A stretch of DNA of 64,000 bases from assembly GCA_021846515.1 (NCBI GenBank), contig JAJZWU010000007.1, forward strand, positions 13,505-77,504, given 5' to 3'. The notes beneath the pieces are model-generated. The model saw only the letters and a list, made by a program, of their open reading frames with translations. It did not search any database and was not told the DNA's origin. This DNA is from Actinomycetes bacterium. Lineage in GTDB: Bacteria; Actinomycetota; Acidimicrobiia; Acidimicrobiales; JAMCPL01. Within the stretch, counting starts at the first letter, position 1, and each line of letters opens with the position of its first letter. Both the position numbers and the translations under genes were made by a program. Below are positions 38,411 to 49,256 of this stretch, piece by piece.

Positions 38411-39583
38411 ATGAACAGACTCATAGCACTTGATATACCCGCCAATATGTATCCTGACGCTCTATTAAGCATATGGGAAAATGAAGATGCGGTAACTCCA
38501 ATAGATCGCCGCCTACCCAAAAATGCCCAACAGATACAGCTTGACGCAACCATGCCAACTCACGTCCTGAGAGATGATGGCGAAATATACAAAATAGATA
38601 GTGGTTCTCCTGTAAAGCCTGGAGATGCCCTGGTAATGGCCACTAGCGGCACAACCAGTGTACCAAAGGCCGTTGTGCTCACCATGGAAGCGCTTAAAGC
38701 TTCTGCTATTGCAGCAAGTACAAGGTTGCAAGTAGACCCAGTAACCGATAGGTGGCTTGCATGCTTGCCTCTCGCTCACATCGGAGGTTTTTCGGTTTTG
38801 ACAAAAGCCATGTTCAACGATATTCCCCTGACGGTTGTAAACGAGTTCAATCCTGAATCAGTAGAGGCCGAAACAAAGAATGGATGCAACATTGTATCTC
38901 TGGTGGCAACAGCAATGAATCGGATCGATGCCAGTCTATTCAAAACCATCGTACTGGGTGGATCGGCACCACCTGAAATATTGCCCATTAATTGCGTCAC
39001 AACCTACGGCATGACAGAATCAGGTAGTGGATGCATATATGACGGCTTTCCTCTGGATGGGGTAGAAATGTCAGTAAGATCAGCCACTGCCAGCGCTACT
39101 GGAGACATTTCTACGCACGGCACAGGTGAGATAATGCTGAGAGGAAAGCCACTGCTACGCTGCTACAGAGATGGAGAAGACCCGAAAGATCTCAACGGGT
39201 GGTTTGCCACAGGCGACATGGGCACAATGGATGCTGACGGTAGATTACAGGTCACAGGAAGAATTAGTGAGGTAATCATTACGGGAGGAGAGAAGGTCTC
39301 CCCAGAACAGGTAGAAAGAATACTGCAAAATCATAGTTTGGTCCATGAAGTAGCCGTAATCGGAGCACCAGATACGGAATGGGGAGAAAGGGTGGTAGCT
39401 TGTGTAGTGCCGGAATATCCAGACAATCCACCTTCACTACAACAACTAGCCGAACTGGTAAAAATAAGCCTTGCTCCCTGGTCGACTCCGAAGGAACTGA
39501 GAATAGTCAATAGCCTACCGAAGACATCCATATCAAAGATTGACCGAAAGGCGCTCAAAAATATATATCGTAATAAAATATAA
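38411..39583 (+). CDS. menE: o-succinylbenzoate-CoA ligase
   Basis: TSGTTSVPK, LPLAHIGG, TYGMTE, TGD, TGGEKV; lies within the men cluster. Confidence 0.88.
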   Translation: MNRLIALDIPANMYPDALLSIWENEDAVTPIDRRLPKNAQQIQLDATMPTHVLRDDGEIYKIDSGSPVKPGDALVMATSGTTSVPKAVVLTMEALKASAIAASTRLQVDPVTDRWLACLPLAHIGGFSVLTKAMFNDIPLTVVNEFNPESVEAETKNGCNIVSLVATAMNRIDASLFKTIVLGGSAPPEILPINCVTTYGMTESGSGCIYDGFPLDGVEMSVRSATASATGDISTHGTGEIMLRGKPLLRCYRDGEDPKDLNGWFATGDMGTMDADGRLQVTGRISEVIITGGEKVSPEQVERILQNHSLVHEVAVIGAPDTEWGERVVACVVPEYPDNPPSLQQLAELVKISLAPWSTPKELRIVNSLPKTSISKIDRKALKNIYRNKI

Positions 39584-39704
39584 TAGCCAACGCACAGGCT
39601 CATGCTTGAATGACGTACTATTCACAGCCACGCACAATCCCTCGATACGACCAACATGTCACATCCTCCCCGCACTTACGGACGGGGCTTGCGCTCCCGC
39701 CTGG

Positions 39705-40307
39705 TCACATAGGCCGTCGTATCATAGGCCATACCGTCGGAGTACCCCTACCCACTGATAGCTCCCTGACGACCTCAAAACCATGTGAACGGTAGAATGG
39801 GATATTGCGCTCCTTGGAGGACTCCAGATACGCAGGCATCCCGGCACTGTCACATTTTTCCAATACCGGCCGGATAAGAGATGACCCAATACCGTGTCCC
39901 TGCAGGTCAGGTACTACTCCCAAGGTGGAAAGATACCAGTGTTCTTCGCGCGGCTTGGATGCCTCAATTTTTGCCAGCAGCCTGGACACCTTGATTGAGT
40001 CCCTACTCAAAGCATATGGTATGACCGGAAGAAGCTTAAAGAGATCCAACAGACCGGCTTGTGTCTTTCCGGGAGGAGGCAACCATATTGCAGCTCCCAT
40101 GTGATCACCTGTAGTCCATACTTCACCATGATCTATATAGCCATAACCGGTAAGAAGGGCTGTAAAGAACTTGGCCAAGCCAACTCGTCTGTAGCGAGTG
40201 TAATGAAAAACAAACGCAGCGACAGGGTCATCGAAAAATGCCGAACATAGAGCATCAACTATCCCCTTCACGTCCGAACGACCCGCTTCACGCATACCGT
40301 AATCCAC
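39705..40307 (-). CDS. GNAT N-acetyltransferase (puromycin acetyltransferase-like)
   Basis: AFFDDP, HWYLSTLGVVPDLQGHGIG, AYLESS, NIPFY..HGF. Confidence 0.9.
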   Translation of the reverse strand: MDYGMREAGRSDVKGIVDALCSAFFDDPVAAFVFHYTRYRRVGLAKFFTALLTGYGYIDHGEVWTTGDHMGAAIWLPPPGKTQAGLLDLFKLLPVIPYALSRDSIKVSRLLAKIEASKPREEHWYLSTLGVVPDLQGHGIGSSLIRPVLEKCDSAGMPAYLESSKERNIPFYRSHGFEVVRELSVGRGTPTVWPMIRRPM

Positions 40308-40909
40308 TAGTTCAACCTGGGGTGCAATGGATAGTTTGCAACCATAGCCAAGCTGCCTCCCTGCCTGAACAAAACATCATGCCATAGGTTATCCGGCTGT
40401 GACGTAAATACGTCACCAGTCAATGAATCTACAGCAAACCAAGCGCCGGCATCTATCTCCTCTTCGAGTTGGTTTGCATCCCAGCCCGCATAACCCATAA
40501 AAATACGCAATGACTCAATGCGGCTGTCGGTTAATTGGTCCATGTCTACTGCATATATATCATTGAATAGGTAATTCATCGGCTGTTTATAGATTCTATC
40601 GTCAAACTCACCTTCTACCGCATCTAAAAAATTCATAATATCAGGGCTCGCAGCACGACCAAGAGCTATTACGGACTGAGGAGAGACCGGACCACCGACA
40701 AAAACTACTGCCGGATTGCTGATTGCCGCAACTCCCTTCAAACTACGAAATGCTCCTGTCACTGAAGTCATCGTTGGTTGATTAAGAACCACTCCAATGG
40801 CTCCACTCTCTCCATGCTCCAGCATGAGCACTACGCTTCTGTTGAAGTTGGAATCAACCAACTTCGGCGAGGCTACAATGAGTGTTCCAGCCAGATATTT
40901 ACTCCTCAT
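40307..40909 (-). CDS. YqgE/AlgH (DUF179) family protein
   Basis: LIVASP..DSNFNRSVV, GVVLN, GGPV, GYAGW..QLEEEI..GAW. Confidence 0.92.
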   Translation of the reverse strand: MRSKYLAGTLIVASPKLVDSNFNRSVVLMLEHGESGAIGVVLNQPTMTSVTGAFRSLKGVAAISNPAVVFVGGPVSPQSVIALGRAASPDIMNFLDAVEGEFDDRIYKQPMNYLFNDIYAVDMDQLTDSRIESLRIFMGYAGWDANQLEEEIDAGAWFAVDSLTGDVFTSQPDNLWHDVLFRQGGSLAMVANYPLHPRLN

Positions 40910-43176
40910 TTCATGCTACCAGCAGACTTGATGTTCCTGGCAAGGTGCCTTGAAAGAATATCCAGCTCCCTGGCACATTGCGGAGTCATCGTCGTAGTAC
41001 CATACTGGTCCTCTTCTAGTATACGGCAGAACAGCTCCAGGTCATCTGGTGATACGCGACCAGCCAACCTACCTGTATACTCCCTAAGTGACTCGTATGG
41101 ATATCGACTTATGCCCGCTCTGGCCCCCTTACGCTCTATCCTGTAAAGCGCCCGAAGCGCAGGGGCGGTCTGGCGGCGCCTTTTGGTACCTACCAGCACC
41201 AAAGAGAATGCCACTAAGAGAAAAGGTATCCAAACAAGCGGATCTATAACAACATGCCCCGCGTCTACGGCGGCACCCTCCATGTACTTGCCTATACTGT
41301 GTACAATGACCGAACCGGGCGATGGATTTGCCAGCGGAACGTGAGCGGTTGGGTCAAAACTCTGCCATCCAATACCGGGAAACCATACCTGCACCCATGC
41401 ATGTGCATCTTTAGCCTGCACCTCGTAAAGATCCGTTATAGGGTTATAAGGACCCGGTACATAACCGACTGCTTCACGTGCCGGGACTCCAAGCAATCTC
41501 AGCATAACCGCAAGAGACGTAGATATCTGCTCACAATACCCGGCGTGGGTATGAAAGATAAATTGATTTACGGCATCCTGACCGGGAAGTAGCGGTGGTA
41601 TGTCGGTAGTGTACTTTACATGGTGAGCCATCCAATTCTCAAGATCTTTCACCTCAGCATAGACAGAGGTAGCCCCTCGCACAATCGAATGAGTCAGCCT
41701 GTCAAGCTCCAGATACCTGGAAGTCGGAGATGGTAACTGAGTATAGGTAGTGAGCTCACTGCCTGATAACCCAAAATTAGTGATTCCCGTAATAGATTGA
41801 CCATTTACCTGAATCGTCACTTTGGCGGTCTTTGGATATGTAGTACGGCCATTACCAAGACGACTCGCAGCAGCCAATTCAGCCGGTGTAGCTCTGGTGG
41901 AATTCGATACCACAGTGTATATCGTACCATGTCCCATGGCGTAGCCGGTCCTAATAGAACGCCCCGGGCCAATATATAAGGCATTTCCGTTAAACCATAT
42001 CTGAGACCTATGTTCGGCTCCAAAGATCAAGCTGGGTATCGATTGCTGTATGTAGAAGGTCTGGATCTGCGTAGACGAGGAAGGGTCAGCTGCCCCTGTT
42101 CCATTACCCTGCAATAAGAACGTCCCACCAGATGCAGAACCAGATACAGAGCCTGTTGATGGCGGACTGTTGTCTCTGCCCAGCGGTACAGACAGTCCCA
42201 ATCCCTCTGCAGGTTGCGGTATAGTAAACTCCGGACCACCGCTAATCTTTGTAACCTTGCTGGTATCGCTTGTCCAGCTAACCCCATTCCAATGATCAAA
42301 GGTCTCTCCCAGCCAGTATCCAGGAGCAGTCGCTCTTACCCGCATAACGACAGTATTACCGAGGTTACCACGTACGGCCAGATTCAACGGTCCGTCAAAA
42401 CCAAGGTAACCTCCCACACCAAGCCGGCCAGTTGGGCTTCCTGAACGAGCAGGTAACTGGCCGTTGGAACCTCCTGAAGATATCAGGTTTGGAGTAGGTA
42501 AGTGCAAATCATGCGCAATCGAATGAGGAAAGGCAATCGAATGTTCTGCCTGAGGGGAGGGTAGAAAAACCAGGATAATCAAAGCTACCAGCATGGCCAC
42601 AGCCATTACTGCTGCTGTCATGGGTACCCCAAGCATCCTTAATCTTGCATCTGAATCATGTGACCAAGAAGTAACAAGACTATACCCGCAGAGAAAAACC
42701 CATACCACAACGAACACACCAAAATTGATACCGGTAGCCTGAGCCGCTCCCACCGCCATCAGGGTGGCTGAGCCGGCTATTGAAAACATAAGATCGCGAC
42801 GTGCTCTAACGTCAAAAGAGTGTAATATCTGCATAAGTGTAAAGAGAACTGCAAGTGGAGCCTCGACTGAACCGATGGTCACAATGCCCTGTTCCGTGGA
42901 GACGGTATGAAAAAACGACAAAAACGCAAGTATCGCACCCAACGCAAGCAACAATTTCAGCCAGCCATAAGTTTTATTCCTGCCAAAATAGGAGTAAGCC
43001 ATCCCGGCAGTTATTCCGATTGAAGCACCCAAAGTGAAGGGTAGCGTTAACTCCCCCTCGTACTGGCAGGCAAACAAACTTGTCAGCACCGCAGCCCAAA
43101 CAGATACCCTGAGCATAACAGAGCGCTCTGGGATACCTGGATAATTTGCGCGTTTTACAAATTCAACAAATTTCAT
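40906..43176 (-). CDS. Membrane-anchored transglutaminase-like protein (TgpA/DUF3488 type)
   Basis: N-terminal TM bundle; GYCEQIS (Cys), DAHAWVQ (His), SFDPT (Asp); C-terminal TM. Confidence 0.9.
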   Translation of the reverse strand: MKFVEFVKRANYPGIPERSVMLRVSVWAAVLTSLFACQYEGELTLPFTLGASIGITAGMAYSYFGRNKTYGWLKLLLALGAILAFLSFFHTVSTEQGIVTIGSVEAPLAVLFTLMQILHSFDVRARRDLMFSIAGSATLMAVGAAQATGINFGVFVVVWVFLCGYSLVTSWSHDSDARLRMLGVPMTAAVMAVAMLVALIILVFLPSPQAEHSIAFPHSIAHDLHLPTPNLISSGGSNGQLPARSGSPTGRLGVGGYLGFDGPLNLAVRGNLGNTVVMRVRATAPGYWLGETFDHWNGVSWTSDTSKVTKISGGPEFTIPQPAEGLGLSVPLGRDNSPPSTGSVSGSASGGTFLLQGNGTGAADPSSSTQIQTFYIQQSIPSLIFGAEHRSQIWFNGNALYIGPGRSIRTGYAMGHGTIYTVVSNSTRATPAELAAASRLGNGRTTYPKTAKVTIQVNGQSITGITNFGLSGSELTTYTQLPSPTSRYLELDRLTHSIVRGATSVYAEVKDLENWMAHHVKYTTDIPPLLPGQDAVNQFIFHTHAGYCEQISTSLAVMLRLLGVPAREAVGYVPGPYNPITDLYEVQAKDAHAWVQVWFPGIGWQSFDPTAHVPLANPSPGSVIVHSIGKYMEGAAVDAGHVVIDPLVWIPFLLVAFSLVLVGTKRRRQTAPALRALYRIERKGARAGISRYPYESLREYTGRLAGRVSPDDLELFCRILEEDQYGTTTMTPQCARELDILSRHLARNIKSAGSMK

Positions 43177-43184
43177 TTATAATC

Positions 43185-44093
43185 TTACCGCGATTCAGTA
43201 TCGTAAGACGACTCGCAGACTGCCCTGGACAGCCTACGTCCTGCCGTCCTGGAGTCACGTATTATTCCCTGCACGCGACCGTGTGGCTCAAAGGTGTACA
43301 TCACTACAGGCTTACCGGAACGTATAGCCGCCTCAGATAACCCCATACACTCCTGTGCAATACCATCCGCTTCAACCACATTATCCGGGAGCCGGACATC
43401 AAGCAATAGCGGGGAACTATGTTGCTTATCGCGCTCCTTTACCATCATCTTCCCCATGTGCGCAGTTGCCGGCCAATGTATATCTCTCGGAGTATCTCCG
43501 GGCACATATTCCCGGATACCTCTCTGGTCACCCCCATATGATGCGCCATTCCCGGCTCCATCCTCATTTGTAGCATTAAACAGCATAGCCGACCGTTTAC
43601 TACGAGGCAATATGTATATAGGGCGTTCCAAGTTTATAGTGATATATTTATGCCACCAGAGAATACCAAATGGCCAAGAGGTAGAAACGTCCAAATGAAG
43701 ATGATCTGTTACGCCGCGATAACGCGCAGATAAAAGATACTCACCTCGTTCAGTATTGAAGCTGGAGAGCGACAGGCCAACGTAATCATGCTCATCATGG
43801 CATAGACTTAATCGCGCTGAGTGGTTCATCCAGAATACAATCACACCACTACTCCCGGCTACAATATCTTCCGGCATGGCGACAACTCTCAATCTCAGCA
43901 ACCAGCAGATCACTGCCGGAGCAAGGAGACCAATAACTGCAAACCCTCCAATCAACACCCCAAGGACCTGAACCCATCCAGATCCACTTTGATGAGCGAC
44001 TCCCCCCCAGGACAGAAGAATGGTAGCTGCAATCACAAAGGGAAGGAAGCTGCGTGCTGGTCGTGGAAGCCCAGGGGAAGCCCACCCAGTCAT
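43185..44093 (-). CDS. DUF58 family protein
   Basis: PFG, IREYVPGDTPRDIHWPATAH...MMVKE; ATG 44093 preceded by GAGGTG. Confidence 0.9.
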   Translation of the reverse strand: MTGWASPGLPRPARSFLPFVIAATILLSWGGVAHQSGSGWVQVLGVLIGGFAVIGLLAPAVICWLLRLRVVAMPEDIVAGSSGVIVFWMNHSARLSLCHDEHDYVGLSLSSFNTERGEYLLSARYRGVTDHLHLDVSTSWPFGILWWHKYITINLERPIYILPRSKRSAMLFNATNEDGAGNGASYGGDQRGIREYVPGDTPRDIHWPATAHMGKMMVKERDKQHSSPLLLDVRLPDNVVEADGIAQECMGLSEAAIRSGKPVVMYTFEPHGRVQGIIRDSRTAGRRLSRAVCESSYDTESR

Positions 44094-44145
44094 GAATTGC
44101 ACCTCGACATCTTCATGGAGGAGAGTGCTCTGAGTCTCTGTTTGG

Positions 44146-45168
44146 TCATGGGCGAGGCATCTCCAGGGTAGCCAGACATTCTGTCACCACATCCATACCT
44201 GACATGCCATCAGCAAGTATGCGATGATGCAACACCCCATGTGCCACTGCCTTGACATCATCAGGAGTTACATAAGTCCGGCCAGCTACAACGGCATATG
44301 CCTGAGCAACACGGGTGAGGTTCAAAGATGCCCTGGGACTGGCGCCCAACACTACACTCTTGTGCGAACGGGTTTTACGTATCAGCCGCACCACCATCTC
44401 GGCGACTTTATCCGATACCGTGACAGAAGCAACCGCATCTCTGGCAAACTGCCACCCATAAGTATCGCAGACTGCCACAATACTCTCGAGTGCCCTTTCT
44501 CCACCGCGGAGTTGAGAGACATCAATCTCGGTGGCTTCATCCGGATATCCTATGGTAGTGCATATGCCGAAGCGATCTAGCTGGCTCTCCACAAGAGGAA
44601 ATGTCCCCAGTTCTGAGAGAGGATTCTGAGTTGCAACAACCAGGTGAGGCGAGGGAAGCGGAAGCGTCTGACCATCTATCGTCACATGCCTCTCCGCCAT
44701 AGCTTCGAGTAACGCAGCCTGGGTTCTGGGTGGTGTCCTGTTCAGCTCATCGAAGAGAACAATATTTGCGAAAAGAGGACCTGTACGTATCTGCCACTGG
44801 CTCTTGTCTGGCATATAAACAGACACACCTGTAATGTCGGAAGGCAACAAATCTGGATGACCCTGCACCCTGCTATGAGTTGCCTGTACAGATAATGCCA
44901 TCGCCTTTGCAAGCAATGTCTTACCCACACCGGGGATGTCTTCTATAAGCAGATTTGACCCGCTAAGCATAGCCAGTATGGCGGCAAGCACTGCATGATC
45001 AGAGCCAAGAAGCACTTTGGATATGGTAGTTTTCAACGATGCTGCTACTTCCATTGTAAAGGCATAAGGATCATTCCCAACAGTGCGGTCTTGGGTGCCG
45101 TTATCCGATGTATGATCCAATTCGCCACTCACCATGACAGTTGATACGCTTTTGCTCCATGCCTCCAC
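44146..45168 (-). CDS. MoxR-family AAA+ ATPase
   Basis: EDIPGVGKT Walker A, DLLPSDITG, DELNR, ATQNP, QLDRF, GASPR. Confidence 0.93.
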   Translation of the reverse strand: MEAWSKSVSTVMVSGELDHTSDNGTQDRTVGNDPYAFTMEVAASLKTTISKVLLGSDHAVLAAILAMLSGSNLLIEDIPGVGKTLLAKAMALSVQATHSRVQGHPDLLPSDITGVSVYMPDKSQWQIRTGPLFANIVLFDELNRTPPRTQAALLEAMAERHVTIDGQTLPLPSPHLVVATQNPLSELGTFPLVESQLDRFGICTTIGYPDEATEIDVSQLRGGERALESIVAVCDTYGWQFARDAVASVTVSDKVAEMVVRLIRKTRSHKSVVLGASPRASLNLTRVAQAYAVVAGRTYVTPDDVKAVAHGVLHHRILADGMSGMDVVTECLATLEMPRP

Positions 45169-45251
45169 AACTATATAGTAGTATATAAGTAGATAGGATA
45201 AAACATCATATCTCCATGGACAGCTCTTTGGGGGTTATTGCCGGACAAGAA

Positions 45252-46454
45252 TCAGTAGAGAGAACGAAACACCATACCGGTTCGTGGCTTAGGCCAAAAA
45301 TAGGTACTCTTTGGTGGCATGCGCTTTTTATCATGAGCATACGAGGCAATCTGCGATACCGTAACCGGTCTCATCAAAATTGCAAGGTCGGCCTTACCTG
45401 TATTGACACTTTCAATGGCCGTAGCAGGCTCACTGGTATATGACACGTCACTATCCGGGATGCCCAGAGTAGACAACACCTGCCTGATAATTGACGACTC
45501 CACTACCGACTCGTCACGCGGGTTCTTCCGGGTAAGTTCAAACATTTTACCATTCAGCACCAAAACCATACGACACTGACCGGCCAGAGATATGGCCGAC
45601 TCACTACCGGCAGGATCAAATGGAACAACTTCATACAAAGCTTTGAACCCTTCAATGATGTCTACCTGCGAAACGGTATCCGCTGAGGACAATTTGACAA
45701 GTCTATGTATGGGCATCACTGTCATCTCCTCTTCGGATAGTTCCACGATATAAGCCATGACCAGCCCAGAACCGTCACCCATGCCCCCAGAAGGTGGATC
45801 TGGTGCTTCCCTGCTATATGCAAGTGCTGTCTCGAAACGATGATGCCCATCAGCAATCACAACGACGCTGGACTCGATCAGATCACGTATTTTGGATATG
45901 GTGCCGGCATCCGAGATAGTCCATATCTCGTGGACAACAGCATCAGAATCTACACCAACCCCTGCCGGAGCGGTCGACAGGAGATCACCGCAAAGAGGGG
46001 CAAGCCCAGTTGCCAGCGAAAGTCCCCATATAGGCGAGATATTGGCCTGGCAATGTCTTAGCAGTTCAAGACGATCGGTCTTATCCTTGGAAATTGTTTC
46101 TTCATGCGGCAGGATACCTTCGCCGGGTTCTTCCAGCCCCAGCGCCCCCATTATACCTGTGGTAGCCTGTCCATCCGGAGATGTCATCCTGTATACGTAC
46201 AGGCATGGAGTGGGATCGCGTATAACTACTTTGTCCTCGATCCAGCCGCGCCACACAGACGCAGCGTGTTCATAGCGATTTGGATAGCTGGCATCCTCTG
46301 ATGGCAACTCGACATGAATGGCATTTGCTCTGCTTCGATTGGCATATATTTGGCGTTGGTCGGGGCCGATGATGTCATATGGAGGACATATGACATCATT
46401 TAATGATATGGAGGGTGCATAACGCAACCCGCTGAAAGGTTCAAAAGAAGGCAT
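45252..46454 (-). CDS. DUF1015 family protein
   Basis: PPYD, LPHEET, IADGHHRFET, MPPKSTYFWPK; start moved to ATG 46454. Confidence 0.9.
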   Translation of the reverse strand: MPSFEPFSGLRYAPSISLNDVICPPYDIIGPDQRQIYANRSRANAIHVELPSEDASYPNRYEHAASVWRGWIEDKVVIRDPTPCLYVYRMTSPDGQATTGIMGALGLEEPGEGILPHEETISKDKTDRLELLRHCQANISPIWGLSLATGLAPLCGDLLSTAPAGVGVDSDAVVHEIWTISDAGTISKIRDLIESSVVVIADGHHRFETALAYSREAPDPPSGGMGDGSGLVMAYIVELSEEEMTVMPIHRLVKLSSADTVSQVDIIEGFKALYEVVPFDPAGSESAISLAGQCRMVLVLNGKMFELTRKNPRDESVVESSIIRQVLSTLGIPDSDVSYTSEPATAIESVNTGKADLAILMRPVTVSQIASYAHDKKRMPPKSTYFWPKPRTGMVFRSLY

Positions 46455-46791
46455 AGTTACATAGTTACCACATACTGAGCTCCATAACCAATTGCACAGC
46501 CACACTTCGTTCTGTCCTAGCATTTCTACCATGCGTTCCTTCCCTCGTCCGGCAACCCTCAATCGTTTCATCTTCCTATCCCTTCCTGATGACAACCCCA
46601 CCAAACCTATCGCCGGCAGCTCTCGCAGACCCTACCGTCCCTTCCTCCCGGGGATTTGACTGGCGGCATAATACTCACATTGATATAGTTATAGAGAGAG
46701 TCAGTAAGCAATAATCTGACCGGAAAACCTCGGGGCTGCAGGACAACCTTGCAGCCAACGAGCCAACAAGAACAAAAGTAAAAGGAGACAA

Positions 46792-47916
46792 GTGGCAAAG
46801 ACTATATGTGAACTGCTGGGAATAGAGTATCCGTTACTTGCTTTCAGCCACTGCAGAGACGTTGTGGCAGCCGTATCGAAAGCAGGAGGCATGGGCGTGC
46901 TGGGGGCTGTAAGCTACACCCCGGATGAACTCGAGATAGAGCTAAAATGGATTGAAGGTCAGATTGGTAATCTACCATATGGCGTAGATGTTCTAATCCC
47001 GGCCAGCCTGAAGGGACTCGAGAACCTTAAGCCTGAGGACCTACAGGGAATAGACATAAAATCGCTTCTCCCCGCCGAACAGGTAAAATTCCTTGACAAT
47101 CTACTCTCCCAGTACGGTATCCCGGAGTTGACAGAGGAGCAAGAAGCATCTGGCGAATTGGGGAGGCTCTCACTGCCGACAACGCTGGCAGACATTGGGC
47201 TCAGGCATCCAATAAAGCTCATAGCCAGCGCGCTGGGACCGCCGCCAGCCAAACTCGTGGAAGACGCACACAATGCTGGAGTGCTAGTGGTCGCGTTGGC
47301 TGGCACCAAGGAGCATGCCGTGAGGCAGAAGGAGGCAGGCGTAGATATTATCGTTGCGCAAGGTACTGAGGCAGGAGGCCACACTGGGCAAATCGGGACT
47401 ATGGTACTGGTTCCTGAGGTAGTGGATGCGGTATATCCTACTCCGGTACTTGCTGCCGGTGGAATAGCTACCGGTCGCCAAATGGCAGCCGCAATGGCTT
47501 TGGGTGCGCAAGGTGTCTGGACTGGCTCGGTATGGCTAACCACCGAAGAGGCGGAGACCAATCCTGTAGTGAAGCAGAAGTTCCTAGAAGCATCATCCAG
47601 CGATACAATAAGGTCACGCTCCAGGACGGGAAAGCCGGCGCGCCAATTGAAGAGCGCATGGACAAACGCATGGGAGTCACCCGATAGTCCAGGTACATTA
47701 CCCATGCCGATGCAGCCGCTACTGGTACAAGAAGCCATTGAGAGGATCGACAAGGCAGCTATCTCAGGAAATGAGGGAGCTAAAGAACTGGCCAATTATT
47801 TCGTCGGGCAGGTAGTCGGTATGCTCAATTCCGTCAAACCTACCAGGCAGGTAGTACTGGACATCATCCATGAATATGTCGATACTATCCAGGAATTACA
47901 TGAACTACTACAATAG
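46792..47916 (+). CDS. Nitronate monooxygenase / FabK-like FMN TIM-barrel enzyme
   Basis: AFSHCRDVVAAVS.AGGMG, QGTEAGGH, AAGGI, WTGSVWL; RBS AAGGAG before the GTG. Confidence 0.9.
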   Translation: MAKTICELLGIEYPLLAFSHCRDVVAAVSKAGGMGVLGAVSYTPDELEIELKWIEGQIGNLPYGVDVLIPASLKGLENLKPEDLQGIDIKSLLPAEQVKFLDNLLSQYGIPELTEEQEASGELGRLSLPTTLADIGLRHPIKLIASALGPPPAKLVEDAHNAGVLVVALAGTKEHAVRQKEAGVDIIVAQGTEAGGHTGQIGTMVLVPEVVDAVYPTPVLAAGGIATGRQMAAAMALGAQGVWTGSVWLTTEEAETNPVVKQKFLEASSSDTIRSRSRTGKPARQLKSAWTNAWESPDSPGTLPMPMQPLLVQEAIERIDKAAISGNEGAKELANYFVGQVVGMLNSVKPTRQVVLDIIHEYVDTIQELHELLQ

Positions 47917-49077
47917 TTATGGCACATAGAGATGTAAGAATGCAAGTGTCGAGTAGGCTACAAGGCTCGCGGCCAGTCCAGCCAGTACGAGCCTCTCTAC
48001 CCTGGGTCCTGCTGTCAGGCAAGCTCCGGCAATAACCAGAGGAAAGGCTGACATTGCATAGCGCTCGAATGAGTCTATATTATGACCGGATAATGCCACT
48101 AATATCACCGCAAGCGCAAATGCCCCATAAGACGCCGGCAGCTTCCAGAAGGCCACTACAATCAGGGCCACAGAAAGAAGAGCCCACGGCAAGTGTAGCG
48201 CCTCCTCTAAATGATGGCCTGATATGAGCATTGATGCTTCATGGTATAGGGTTACAAGGGGATCAGTAAATCCACCTCTATGTCGTTGCTCTATGTGTAT
48301 AGGAGCCAGCAGATGATGGTAGTACAGCCCCAGAAATGAAAGATACCCCACAACGCCCATAGGCCCACCCGCAACAGCAGCTGCCCGGGCAATGCGGTCA
48401 CGAATACCCACCTCCCATAAACCGCTTAAAGCCTCTACAATGGCAGGAATGGCAAACAGTATCCCAATAGGTCTGGTAAGGCCGGCGAGAATACCGAATA
48501 CCATGGCCCACCACCATCTATGGCCTCTCAATGCAATAAAACCAGCTACCGTAAAGACGAGTAACGTCGCCTCTGCATAACCCATGACATAAGTAAATGC
48601 AGCGGGAGCAAGAGACATCAGCCAGGCGGAGCGAGTAGCAAGCTCATCATCACCGGTCTCTCGCGCCACCAGAACTACCAGTAATACGAGCCCACACAGA
48701 TCCGATAGATTAGCCACGACCAGTAGTGATAGGCGCACATTCCCCAGCAAAACAAAACTGACGGCCTTGACAATAAGGGGAAAAAGTGGGAAAAACCTCA
48801 GGGAAGAGTAGCCGAGAAAGCCATAACCATGAGCTGCTATGCTCCCGTACCATCCCGCATCCCAACTAAATAATCCTTGTCTGGCAACATTGGCCATAGA
48901 TGCTGGCAAGTGCCCCTTGGTCGCAATTCCACGAGCCATATAAACCATGGGAATGACCACTAATCTAGTGACCAACCATGGGAAGAATGCGGCGCTTACA
49001 CCAAGCCGTAGACTGTCTCGATCCAGCCATCCGCGACAATTGCTGGATCGATTGACATATTGGCTAATTGGCACCAA
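47917..49077 (-). CDS. GT-C integral membrane mannosyltransferase (PIG-V-like)
   Basis: WDAGWY..IA..GY, FFPLFP, YAEA, LTRPIG, ERY; polytopic. Confidence 0.85.
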   Translation of the reverse strand: MVPISQYVNRSSNCRGWLDRDSLRLGVSAAFFPWLVTRLVVIPMVYMARGIATKGHLPASMANVARQGLFSWDAGWYGSIAAHGYGFLGYSSLRFFPLFPLIVKAVSFVLLGNVRLSLLVVANLSDLCGLVLLVVLVARETGDDELATRSAWLMSLAPAAFTYVMGYAEATLLVFTVAGFIALRGHRWWWAMVFGILAGLTRPIGILFAIPAIVEALSGLWEVGIRDRIARAAAVAGGPMGVVGYLSFLGLYYHHLLAPIHIEQRHRGGFTDPLVTLYHEASMLISGHHLEEALHLPWALLSVALIVVAFWKLPASYGAFALAVILVALSGHNIDSFERYAMSAFPLVIAGACLTAGPRVERLVLAGLAASLVAYSTLAFLHLYVP

Positions 49078-49256
49078 AGCAAGTATAGCTCATAGCGATC
49101 ATGGAAGCCAGGATTTTCGGCAACATCGCTTACGACAACAGAGGCATGCCATAGCACAAACATGCAATGACGCAGGAAAACCATTGATAATTACCATGCA
49201 ACCAAGAACCTGAACCATCCGAGACAATACGAAACATAAAATGCTACACTTACGGT

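Noticed and set aside
46959-47795. 278-aa antisense ORF
   Set aside because: Shadow of the nitronate monooxygenase-like gene
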